The notes under the pieces were generated by a model. That model did no database searches, was not told where the DNA came from, and saw only the letters and a program-made list of their open reading frames with translations. The translations under genes and the position numbers were made by a program. Shown here piece after piece: positions 16,915-26,500 of a DNA stretch of 27,748 nt (its first letter is position 1; the number at the start of each line of letters is the position of its first letter). The stretch comes from a virus. Taxonomy: Duplodnaviria; Caudoviricetes. The DNA is taken from IMG/VR virus record IMGVR_UViG_3300012232_000042, positions 1-27,748 of that record. One strand, given 5' to 3'.

Positions 16915-17384
16915 TGGCTCTAAGACCAGATCGTGATTACGCAGAAGTAACAGATATTAGCCAATTTTGGTCAGAAGACGCGGCTCAACTGACACAGGAA
17001 AAGGGCGGTATCGCTTGTGTAGAAACCCAAGGTTCCGGCGTTGCCCTAGATGACGTAACTAACGTAGTTCGTTATTCAGCAACTGCTTCCGGTGCTATTC
17101 CAAAGGGTATTCTGTTGCAAGATGTTAATCCTCCAATGAGTACCACTAGAGATTTCAAGAATTTTGCAAGTGGTGAAATACGTCCCGGCGAGAAATGCAC
17201 CTTGCTTCGTAAGGGATGGTTAGTAACAGACATGATTTCGGGTACACCTGTGGTTGGTACCAACGCATATGTCGGTGCAAGCGGATTGATTACAGCAACA
17301 TCGGGTACAGGCTCAGCCCGTATCGGTAGATGGGAAACCACTGTCGATGCCGATGGTTTTGCTAAGCTTTATGTAGATATTTAA
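16914..17384 (+). CDS. capsid decoration/cement-like protein
   Basis: 156 aa, Gly/Thr-rich beta protein immediately upstream of the MCP; TAATG overlap; GGGGGTG RBS. Confidence 0.6.
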   Translation: MALRPDRDYAEVTDISQFWSEDAAQLTQEKGGIACVETQGSGVALDDVTNVVRYSATASGAIPKGILLQDVNPPMSTTRDFKNFASGEIRPGEKCTLLRKGWLVTDMISGTPVVGTNAYVGASGLITATSGTGSARIGRWETTVDADGFAKLYVDI

Positions 17385-17403
17385 TATAAGGGGGTGAAAA
17401 TAG

Positions 17404-18438
17404 ATGAAATCTAAGGCAAACAAATTACAGAAACCTACTAAGGAGATGATTGATCTTCTAAAGCTAACTGGTTCTCCAGATAGAGTGATAGCTGAAAACG
17501 CTATGCGAACTCTGGCCGCTGCACTACAAGAACCTCTTCGTGAAGGTCTTCTAGATGGTAATATTGTCAATGGAATCTTCTCTGTAGAAGTTCTAGAACC
17601 CGGCGCAACTGCCGAATACCAGCTAGACCTATATCAGCAACACCAAGATGGTCAGTATGTAGCTTATACGATGCCAAATGAGGGAGCTATTCCACAGAGA
17701 ACAGTTAACTCCGACAGCATCACAATTCAGACATTCAACGTCGCTAACGCAATAGATTGGCCAATCCAATATAGCCGCGATGCACGGTGGAATGTTGTTG
17801 CCAGAGCGCTAGAAGTGTTCAATAACGGCTTTGTTCAGAAAATGAACGTAGATGGTTGGCACACTATTATCTCTGCTGGTGCCGGTAGAACAGATTTCAA
17901 CGGTGGTGCGCCTATGGTGTTTGATAGCGCCGCTTCTGTTGGACAGTTTACCAAGAGATTGGTAAGCTTGATGAAAACCAGTATGGCTCGGCTTTCTGGT
18001 GGAAATAGTGCGACCCCAAATCGTGGGCGTCTAACTGATCTATACATCAGTCTAGAAGCACTAGAAGATATCAGAAATTGGGACACTGACGAAGTAGATG
18101 ATTTCACCAGACGCGAAATCTTTACAGCTTCAGAAACAGAGGGTCCGCTAGCAGAAATCTATGGCGTAAGACTCCATCCGCTATTCGAACTAGGTGTTGG
18201 TCAAGAATACCAAACCTTCTTCGATACACTCGGCGTAAGCATGGGTACAAGCGATGAAGAAATCGTCGTAGGTCTTGATCTTAGCTCTAACGACTCGTTC
18301 GTTATGCCTGTTCGTCAAGCGCTAGTAGTCGAAGACGATCCACATCTACACCGTCGCCTAAAGCAAGGTGTATTCGGACACCAAAATCACGGTTTCGGTG
18401 TTCTTGATGACCGGAGAGTAATTCTCGGCTCACTATAA
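17404..18438 (+). CDS. major capsid protein (HK97-like)
   Basis: 344 aa, strong RBS, canonical position after scaffold/decoration, followed by a terminator; C-terminal G.FG....GFGVLDDRRVILG. Confidence 0.85.
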   Translation: MKSKANKLQKPTKEMIDLLKLTGSPDRVIAENAMRTLAAALQEPLREGLLDGNIVNGIFSVEVLEPGATAEYQLDLYQQHQDGQYVAYTMPNEGAIPQRTVNSDSITIQTFNVANAIDWPIQYSRDARWNVVARALEVFNNGFVQKMNVDGWHTIISAGAGRTDFNGGAPMVFDSAASVGQFTKRLVSLMKTSMARLSGGNSATPNRGRLTDLYISLEALEDIRNWDTDEVDDFTRREIFTASETEGPLAEIYGVRLHPLFELGVGQEYQTFFDTLGVSMGTSDEEIVVGLDLSSNDSFVMPVRQALVVEDDPHLHRRLKQGVFGHQNHGFGVLDDRRVILGSL

Positions 18439-18461
18439 CGAATTAATTCAATAACTCAAGG

Positions 18462-18498
18462 GAAAAGGGGCTTGAACAGCCCCTTTTCTTTTTTATTT
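18462..18498 (+). terminator. Rho-independent terminator after MCP
   Basis: GAAAAGGGGCT-tgaac-AGCCCCTTTTC perfect 11-bp stem followed by TTTTTTATTT. Confidence 0.9.
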
Positions 18499-18507
18499 GT
18501 GTATAAA
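18499..18507 (+). promoter_or_regulatory. GTGTATAAA motif (putative phage late promoter)
   Basis: immediately after the terminator, where re-initiation is needed; 27 nt before ATG 18535. Confidence 0.7.
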
Positions 18508-18534
18508 ATATTGGATTATTGAATGGTATTCTAG

Positions 18535-18912
18535 ATGCAAGATAGAGAGATAATAGACTTGTATAATGGTGGAAAAACTATACGAGATATTTCATTGATT
18601 GATGGTAGAAGTGAAAGTTCTGTATATAAAATATTACTTAATAATAAAGTAAAGTTAAGAAATAAATCGGAAGCTAATAAGATTGTATCAGATAATGTTC
18701 TAATAAAGTTATACAATATGGCATTATCTTTTTCTCAAATTGGTCAATTGCTAGATATAGACCCAAGCACTGTATCTAAAAGATTTAAATCACTAGGTTT
18801 TGATCCACGTTGTAGGTCTGTGGCCAAATCCATTAAATATACCGATAAAGAATTTAATACTTTCTTTTTAAATAAAGAGTTTATCAGTAAGATAAGTCTA
18901 ATTAAGGGTTAA
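18535..18912 (+). CDS. tandem helix-turn-helix DNA-binding protein
   Basis: two HTH repeats: IIDLYNGGKTIRDIS...RSESSVYKIL and LIKLYNMALSFSQIGQLLDIDPSTVSKRF. Confidence 0.75.
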   Translation: MQDREIIDLYNGGKTIRDISLIDGRSESSVYKILLNNKVKLRNKSEANKIVSDNVLIKLYNMALSFSQIGQLLDIDPSTVSKRFKSLGFDPRCRSVAKSIKYTDKEFNTFFLNKEFISKISLIKG

Positions 18913-18916
18913 TTCC

Positions 18917-19372
18917 ATGATGAATATTGGTCCATTCCAATTAGACACGATGGATATTGGTCCGTTTCAATGGGATGGGGCGGGCGGTGGTGGAAGTGGT
19001 TCTCCCGACGAAGTTGATGATGGGTTTGGACTTAGTTTAGATTCTTTATTCGTTAGTACGGATTATTCTCCCCAAGTAATAGGAAGATTCGACGTTAATC
19101 CTACGGGCGTGACGATAGAAGTTTGGGATGTGATTAGTGGTGTTAATGCTCCGGTTTCTGTTACTGATGATGAGTGCTATCCTATAGGCGATACTGGTAG
19201 ATGGGGTTGGTCAACTTCTAATTTGACTGGATTAAATGGCGTAATAAATCAGTATGTATACAGGATGACAGGGGATACCCTAGAAGAATTCATTGGAACA
19301 TTTATTGTAAAGAATCATAAGAAAGTTAGTGGCAAAATCCCAAGAGATGATAGCCATATTAGGAGATTATAA
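18917..19372 (+). CDS. putative virion structural protein (paralog of 20638..20970)
   Basis: N-terminal xIGPFQ repeat and poly-Gly linker; C-terminal domain similar to 20638..20970. Confidence 0.7.
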   Translation: MMNIGPFQLDTMDIGPFQWDGAGGGGSGSPDEVDDGFGLSLDSLFVSTDYSPQVIGRFDVNPTGVTIEVWDVISGVNAPVSVTDDECYPIGDTGRWGWSTSNLTGLNGVINQYVYRMTGDTLEEFIGTFIVKNHKKVSGKIPRDDSHIRRL

Positions 19373-20628
19373 TGTCTGTTACAATGTATGCTGTAAGTGG
19401 TGTTGGAAGTAATAGTAATAGTGGTTCTACCGCTTCTTCTACTCCAAAAGCTAGCGGGGCTGGTGCTGTTACAGCTAGCGGTAGCACTACCGTAACACTA
19501 TCAGCAAACACGCCAGACCTTTCTACTGTTGTTGCTGGTGACACAATAAGACTAAACGCGAGAACAGATGGTAAGAATGGCAGTGACATATTCGAGATAA
19601 CAGGAGTGAACGACGGTCTAGACACTGTTACTGTCACGCCTACCCCAAACACAACTACGTCCGGTGTAACATGGGCTATAGGTGGGGCATTTGCTACTGC
19701 GGCCAAGCTTGTCTTTTCCGCGTCTGCTGGTGATACGTTATACTGTAAAGGTATATTCAACGAATCTATAGACATGGTTGGTGCTGCTGCTAATGGATCA
19801 ATTATGGCTAATGGTGATCCAGCGAATGCTTTTCCAAGATTGATAGGATATTCTGTCACTCCCGGAGACAATGGGATGGCTATATTTGATTCCAATAATA
19901 CAAAATCGAATTGTATAAGCCTAGTTAATAATAGTAATTATTGGAGTTTTGAAAATATTAGAATAACTAGATTTACGGGACAAGGATTTAGATATGCGTT
20001 TGCTAGCTTTTCAACAAGATTTGTACATTGTGAAGTAGATCATTGTGGAGGCACATTAGCTTTCGGAGTGCCAAACAATTCTACTGTAATAGATTGTTAT
20101 GCTCATGATAATACTGGTCATGGATTTGAAGCCACAGAAATGTCGTACTTTGCGAATTGTATATCGGTATTAAATAGTGGTGTTGGATTTTATGGTGGTG
20201 GTGGTAATCATTACTTTAACTGTCTATCAAAGGCTAATTTGATAGCTGGATTTCATCAGAATGATGATCTAAATCACAAGAGTCTAATGCTGTTCAATTG
20301 TTTGGTTGATGGTTCCGGTATAACGCAAACCGGAGTACGTATTTCGGATGATGCTCAAGTAAGACAAGCTATTTTAACTAATAACATTGTTATAAATTGT
20401 ATTAGCGGAATAGTTGGTCAAAGCGACAATGGTTTATTCAATAATTCATATAATAACTTGGTTTATAACTGCTCAACCGCAAGGGTTAATTTCTCAGACG
20501 TTAGCGGATCAGTTACTGGTGTTCCTCTTTTCGTTGACGAAGACGCCCTTGATTATACTCCCGTTACTGGTGGAGCGCAAATAGGGGCTGGATTTGATAT
20601 GAGTTTGTCATCTTGGATTTCATTTTAA
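19372..20628 (+). CDS. right-handed parallel beta-helix (pectate-lyase-like) virion protein
   Basis: WAIGGAFAT, AGDTLY, repeated xxCxAxxNxxxGF coils (DCYAHDNTGHGF, NCISVLNSGVGF, NCLSKANLIAGF), NNLVYN, PLFVD...DY; AGGAG RBS. Confidence 0.75.
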   Translation: MSVTMYAVSGVGSNSNSGSTASSTPKASGAGAVTASGSTTVTLSANTPDLSTVVAGDTIRLNARTDGKNGSDIFEITGVNDGLDTVTVTPTPNTTTSGVTWAIGGAFATAAKLVFSASAGDTLYCKGIFNESIDMVGAAANGSIMANGDPANAFPRLIGYSVTPGDNGMAIFDSNNTKSNCISLVNNSNYWSFENIRITRFTGQGFRYAFASFSTRFVHCEVDHCGGTLAFGVPNNSTVIDCYAHDNTGHGFEATEMSYFANCISVLNSGVGFYGGGGNHYFNCLSKANLIAGFHQNDDLNHKSLMLFNCLVDGSGITQTGVRISDDAQVRQAILTNNIVINCISGIVGQSDNGLFNNSYNNLVYNCSTARVNFSDVSGSVTGVPLFVDEDALDYTPVTGGAQIGAGFDMSLSSWISF

Positions 20629-20637
20629 GGAGAACTT

Positions 20638-20970
20638 ATGCTAATAGAATATGATTATTCTCTAGAAAGTCCAATTTCCGTAATTGGCGATTTTGATACC
20701 GGAAGAACGGTGAACATAGAATTATGGGTAAGTGGAGTAGCCCAAACCATAGCTTCTAGCGGATGCGAAGAAGTTGATTCTACTGGAAAATATAGTTGGT
20801 CTACAAGTCATGTTGGCGCACTTACAGCAAGTAGAGTTCAGTATCATTGGAGAATGACTGACGATCTTGCTAATAGCGTAGAAGGCGATTTTCTACTTAA
20901 GAGCATTGAAGGCGATGATGGATTTATGCCATCTTTGAATAATCCCGACAGTTACATTCTTAGAATTTAG
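20638..20970 (+). CDS. putative virion structural protein (paralog of 18917..19372 C-terminal domain)
   Basis: shares VIG.FD, IE.W, SG, C, TG...WSTS, QY..RMT.D, G.F motifs; AAGGAG RBS. Confidence 0.75.
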   Translation: MLIEYDYSLESPISVIGDFDTGRTVNIELWVSGVAQTIASSGCEEVDSTGKYSWSTSHVGALTASRVQYHWRMTDDLANSVEGDFLLKSIEGDDGFMPSLNNPDSYILRI

Positions 20971-20978
20971 GAGATACT

Positions 20979-21521
20979 ATGACTTGGGATATTGATTTGG
21001 TTTTAATGCTGCGTGTTCTAATAGGAGATTTGAATGCTCCACAAAAGAATACTGACGCTTACTTAGAAAGTGTTTTGATTACCGCTGGTATTATAGCTGA
21101 TACCGAAATAGATTTTAGCTATGACTACGTATTTGATATATCCGATGTTACAATAACTCCGGACCCCGTTGTTATTGGTGACGTTGTTGCTCAAGCTGTA
21201 TTGCCATTAAAGGCAGCATGTTTGCTAAATCAGGCCCAATTCCAGCAAGCTTTGGGACAGGGTATAAAGGTTCGGGATGGTGATAGTGCTATTGATACTA
21301 GCGTTGGATTTAGAGGCTATAGAGATATATTACAGTATGGTCCATGTGCCGCATACGAAAAACTCAAATATCAACTACAAACTAATAGCTCCGCATTAGC
21401 CGGTGGTGCCGTACTAAGTCCATATCGCGGACCAAACGATACTCCGATAAACACTGTTTCGTGGTTTTATGATGAGTTCTATTCTAGCCTAAGTAATTGT
21501 AGAAACAATAGAAGGTATTAA
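20979..21521 (+). CDS. putative head-tail adaptor/neck protein
   Basis: MLRVLIGD......TDAYLE..L N-terminus is typical of gp15/gp6-like head completion proteins; position after the MCP; AGGAG RBS. Confidence 0.55.
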   Translation: MTWDIDLVLMLRVLIGDLNAPQKNTDAYLESVLITAGIIADTEIDFSYDYVFDISDVTITPDPVVIGDVVAQAVLPLKAACLLNQAQFQQALGQGIKVRDGDSAIDTSVGFRGYRDILQYGPCAAYEKLKYQLQTNSSALAGGAVLSPYRGPNDTPINTVSWFYDEFYSSLSNCRNNRRY

Positions 21522-21523
21522 AT

Positions 21524-22120
21524 GTGGCAACAATTAATGATAGTAAAGGTTTCTTCATCACAGGGATTCAAACCCCACAGCCCATTTCTTGTCCCGCATT
21601 AGACCCTACAGCCGCAATACAGATAAGTCAAGAATTAATAGAAATTTATCAGGGAAGAATAGATTCCTTGATAAATCAATTAGGCAAGAATGTTTTATTA
21701 GAATTTGATCCAATAAGACAGCCTTGTACTAATTGCGAATTTGACGTTATCAGAAATAGGTCTAATGGGGTTTATAAAGTTGGCGGGCCGATTCCTTTCA
21801 CCAGAGGGTCTAAATGTCCATACTGCAAAGGTCTTGGATTTTTAGAAACTGCTACAACTAAGTGTATCAAGTGTCTAATTAAATGGTCTCCAAAAGAATT
21901 GAGAAATTATGACATATCTGTTTCTCGATACGCAAATATAGTTAGACTAAAAACATTCTTAACAGATGGGGATGATCTTGTAAGGGCTAGAACAGCCGTT
22001 GTTGATTACGACATATCTAATATGTTTGTTCAGAGAGTTAGATTATTAAGAGGGCCAATTCCTGTGGGCTTGAGAGAAGATAGATATTGTATTACTTTTT
22101 GGGAAATCATAGATAAGTAG
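21524..22120 (+). CDS. putative head closure/neck protein with Zn-binding CxxC pairs
   Basis: CTNC...CPYCKGLGF; follows the adaptor-like gene; function inferred from position. Confidence 0.5.
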   Translation: MATINDSKGFFITGIQTPQPISCPALDPTAAIQISQELIEIYQGRIDSLINQLGKNVLLEFDPIRQPCTNCEFDVIRNRSNGVYKVGGPIPFTRGSKCPYCKGLGFLETATTKCIKCLIKWSPKELRNYDISVSRYANIVRLKTFLTDGDDLVRARTAVVDYDISNMFVQRVRLLRGPIPVGLREDRYCITFWEIIDK

Positions 22121-22128
22121 AGGATTAT

Positions 22129-22842
22129 ATGGCAGATAGTAAAATTAGTGGATTGACTTCGGTTGTTGCTGTGTCCGGAACAGACGAACACGCGGTAAAC
22201 CAAGGATCGGTTTCTAAAAAAGAAACCATGACGCAAATGGCTACTTTTCTAAACGCCTCACCAGCACTTACCGGGACTCCAACTGCACCAACTGCTGCTG
22301 CGGATACCAATACTACACAAATAGCTACTACAGCCTTTGTCCAAACTGGTGGACCAGTTAAAATAAAAGCACTTGCTTCTGATGCTACAGCTAATGGCTT
22401 AACTACTGCTGTTAGGGTGTCCGGAATGGATGTTACTGTTCCATCGGGAACGTATGTGTTTGAATATTATGTTCGCGCTCATTTTGCTGATGCGGGGAAC
22501 AGTCCTAAATTCGCTGTTAATCACACTGGAACAACTACTAGTTTTTGTTATAGCTTTTTCTTTCCCAGCGCCGGGGTCTCTGCGGCTACTGGTGCTATAG
22601 ACCAAGAAGTTAACTCAACTACAGGTCAAGTTTGGGCGCATCAATCTACTAGAGTTAAGAATACATTATTGGGGCCAGAAACGGGGGTGGATACTACGGG
22701 AGCGGATATTATGTTCCGTATAACTGGTCTTATGATTGTTACTGTGTCCGGGACTCTAGAGTTATACCAAGGATCGGAAGTGGCAGGAAATCTTATTACT
22801 ATAAAATCTGGAACTTGTTTAATACTAACTAAAACAGGATAG
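22129..22842 (+). CDS. tail/head fibre-like protein, copy 1
   Basis: MADSKISGL N-terminus and phage fibre repeat SPALTGTPTAPTAAADTNTTQIATTAFV. Confidence 0.8.
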   Translation: MADSKISGLTSVVAVSGTDEHAVNQGSVSKKETMTQMATFLNASPALTGTPTAPTAAADTNTTQIATTAFVQTGGPVKIKALASDATANGLTTAVRVSGMDVTVPSGTYVFEYYVRAHFADAGNSPKFAVNHTGTTTSFCYSFFFPSAGVSAATGAIDQEVNSTTGQVWAHQSTRVKNTLLGPETGVDTTGADIMFRITGLMIVTVSGTLELYQGSEVAGNLITIKSGTCLILTKTG

Positions 22843-22846
22843 ATTT

Positions 22847-23560
22847 ATGGCTGATGTTAAGATAAGCGCATTACCCGCCGTTCCTGCTGCATCTGGAACG
22901 GATGAGTTAATGATTAATCAGGGCTTCTCTTCAAAGAAATGTACTTTGAATCAGATAGCTACTTTCAGGGGTGCTTCACCAGCTTTTACGGGAACACCCA
23001 CTAGCCCAACCGCAGCTAACAATACTAATACTACACAAATAGCTACTACCGCATTTGTTCAATCGGGTGGACCAGTTCAGGTATTATCTCTTCCAACAAA
23101 TGCCAATACACATTCTACTACGGCGATGGTTTCTATCTCTGGATTACAAGCTACTCTTGATGCGGGAATGTACGTTTTTGAATACTATATTCTCGCGCAA
23201 TTCGCTGCCACAACTCAAAGTATTAAATTTTCATTATCTAGAGTTGGTACTACACCATTTTTCTGTTATAACTTTTTCTTTCCTAGTCAGGGCGTTCTTG
23301 CAGCCACAGGTTTGATAGACCAAGAAGTTAACGCTACAACTGGTCAGGTTTGGGCATTCCAAGCAGCAAGAACTATTAACGTAACACTTGGTCCAGAAAC
23401 AGATGTTGATTCTACAGGTGCTGATATATTATTTAGAATTTCTGGATTCTTAAATATTACCGCTGGTGGAACTTTATCTATAAATCATGGTTGCGAAGTT
23501 AATGGATCGAATATAACAATAATGGCAGGTTCTAGTTTAATCTTAACTAAGGTTGCTTAA
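22847..23560 (+). CDS. tail/head fibre-like protein, copy 2
   Basis: MADVKISAL and SPAFTGTPTSPTAANNTNTTQIATTAFV; same length (237 aa) and colinear with copy 1. Confidence 0.8.
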   Translation: MADVKISALPAVPAASGTDELMINQGFSSKKCTLNQIATFRGASPAFTGTPTSPTAANNTNTTQIATTAFVQSGGPVQVLSLPTNANTHSTTAMVSISGLQATLDAGMYVFEYYILAQFAATTQSIKFSLSRVGTTPFFCYNFFFPSQGVLAATGLIDQEVNATTGQVWAFQAARTINVTLGPETDVDSTGADILFRISGFLNITAGGTLSINHGCEVNGSNITIMAGSSLILTKVA

Positions 23561-26500
23561 TGCAAGGTAAATATCTTTTAGAAACTAGCCTAGTAGATGG
23601 ATACCTTCTAGAAGATGGTACTGGCTCTTTATTTCTAGAAGCAACTTCTTTTGATACATTTAATGCAGGAACAGACCTTCAATTATTTATAAAAGGCGAA
23701 GACTTTACAAATAAAACGCTCAAGGTTGCAACTGTTAAAGCATTTTCTGGAACAAGCGCCTCTCAACAGACTATAACCATTCCGGGAATAGGTCAGCCTA
23801 GAGCGGCAATGATAACGGTTAATAGATGCCCTAGCGGATCGAATATAACTGTTGGTGCCGCTTTAAATGTTGGTTTCACAGATGGTACAGATTCATATGC
23901 TATTGCTACCAACTGCCAAGATTCTGTAGGGACAAGTAATACTCATAGATTTGGCTCTAACGCATTGATGTGTTGGATACTAAATCAAGATGGAACAGAA
24001 GATGCGAGAGCCTCATTCGTAGAATTCGTAGAAGATGGTATCACTATAGATTGGATCACCGCCCCGGCATCGAATTACATTTTATTGGTAACATTATTCG
24101 CCGGAGGATCAGAAGAATTATTTACTAAAGTAGGCTCATTCACAACCCCAGACTCTTCCGGGTCTAGCGTCGTTGTCGATGACATAGGCTTCGAACCGGA
24201 TCAAATTATAGGTATTAGCCAAAGTAGGGCATTCGATTTTACTTTAGCTTCAAATGCTATATTCACATATGGAGTCTGTGATAATAACGATGGTGTTATA
24301 ACACAAGGTTCAATTAATTATTATAATGAAGACAATCTCGCTGACACAAATGTAAAATGCGTTATATCTAGAAGTTATTTTGCTTGGGGTGCTGGTGGGG
24401 ACTTTGGGGCTGTTGAATTAAGTGATTTCAATGTATCGGGATTCACGGCTACAACTAGGGTTAGCGATCTTGGTATTCCTGTTGCGTATTTAGCACTTAA
24501 ATACAATGGGAATGTGAAGCATAAAGTAGATTTCATGTCTACGCTAGTCACCGTGACTGGTATTCAAACTATAAGCGGTGTAGGATTTGGACCACAATTT
24601 GTTAATCAGATTCAATCAACGCTTCTTGACTACGATGCTCCCGTTAGCGATGTTACTGCTGGTGTTGTAGGCTTGTCGTTCTTTGGAAGCGGAATGATAA
24701 CACCGACTTCCTTCCAAGAAAATCATAATATAAGATCACAAGATAACGTCACAACAAGCAATGAAGATAGTAGACAGTTTAGTAATACAGCATTCTTAAG
24801 ACGATCTGATGAAAATTTGTCTCAAGGTGTAACGGCCAGTCTGCACTCCCTATTTAATGACGGATTTATAAATACTGTTACTTTAAATTTGGCTAGCAGA
24901 CAATGGATTTATCTAGCCATAGGTAATCCTATTTCGTCTGGATCGTTAGATTTATTTATTAGTGGCCACGAATCTTTTAATAACGATTGCGACTTGTTCA
25001 TTCACGGCCATGAACCATTAATAGCAAGAAATGATAAGATTTATTTTACGAACGAAACCCAAGATGTTGTTAAGCGATGCAATCTTGACGGATCAAATGT
25101 TGAAGTAATAGTTTCTGGTGGTTTAACCACTCCGCGCGGAATAGATATAGATTATGCTTCTGAAACATTATTTTGGATAGATTCTGCTTCTGCTTCTAAG
25201 ATATACAGATCGGATTTAGATGGCTCTAATAGCGGCGTTGTACTTTCTGTTATTGGAGCATCTGGTGGTGTTGGTTTAACAATAGCCCGCGAAAGCGGAA
25301 CTATGTTTTGGACTGACTCTACATCGGGATTGATAGAAAGAGCTAATTTAGATGGTACCGGAAGAACAATTGTATATTCTGGTACTGGCGCACAACCCCG
25401 TCATATAGATTATGATCCTATTGATTCCAATATTTACTGGACTGATAGAAATGGAGGATTGTTACGCAGAGCTAATTATGACGGTTCTAATATACAAACC
25501 TTAGCATCCGGATTGACAGTTGTTCAGGGTGTCGCTGTCGATCATGAAAATAGAAGGGTGTGGTGGGGCGAAGGTGTTGTCTCTAGCACCATAAAAAATT
25601 CCGACTTGTCTGGAAATGATGTAAGAACTATATTCTCTGGTACGGATGAAGTAACTGCCCCATTCACAACAACGATAGACTTTGTAGAAAACAAGTTTTA
25701 TTGGAATGGCGGAATTGGATCAGAGCAAGGAATTCATAGATCAAACTTAAATGGTACTAATCTATTTGTACTTCCAAATACTAGCGGTATAGGTTTTTCT
25801 AGTGATGCCCACATAGATCAACACGACTTTGGTATAGACCTATTTATTTCTGGTGCTGCCCCTTCTGTTAATGAAAATTGCGACCTATTTATTGCTGGTC
25901 ATGAATATTTCATAGCTAACATTACAAAACTATATTTCTTTGACGAATTGGGCGACGAATCTATATCTAGATGCGATATAGACGGATCAAATACAGAAAC
26001 TATTGTTCCCGCTAGTTCATTATTTGTAATTCAACCCGCTTCATTATACGCGGACGCATCTAGGGATCATCTGTATTGGGCAGAACCCGGAATAGATACA
26101 GATGCGGCGTTAAAAAGAATAGATATAGATGGCTCTAATTTTGTAATACTGGTACAGTCACCGGATATTAGCAATATATTTAATTTCGATGTTAGTGTAA
26201 TAACGAATACAATATATTACACACCAGCTAGTGGAGGTATAATACAAACTTCCGATCTGCTTGGAAACAATATAACTACCATATACAACGACCCAACAGA
26301 CAAGCCGGAAGAAATTGTATATGATAGACAAGACGACAAGATATATTGGACGGTAGTAAATAATGACACATCAGAATACAGAATAAGAAGGGCTAATTCT
26401 GACGGTTCTAATGCTGAGAATATCACTCCGATATTCCCTGATACTTCTAGAGTTTATGCTATAGATATAGATCGTCAAAGAAGAAAGCTTTATTGGGCAG

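Noticed and set aside
22129-23560. Diversity-generating retroelement TR/VR pair
   Set aside because: Both copies are full ORFs differing at all base types rather than only adenines; no reverse transcriptase in the window
773-26426. Antisense or alternate-frame ORFs in the track (773-967, 1315-1524, 1540-1812, 1839-2039, 4083-4331, 4353-4643, 5679-5891, 8902-9105, 9960-10376, 11031-11381, 11416-11880, 14645-15073, 16203-16439, 16476-16874, 17072-17341, 17313-17570, 17835-18107, 18531-18716, 19359-19895, 22030-22236, 22125-22310, 22399-22605, 23055-23315, 26217-26426)
   Set aside because: Shadows of better-supported genes; Ser/Leu/Phe-rich antisense composition, no motifs or RBS
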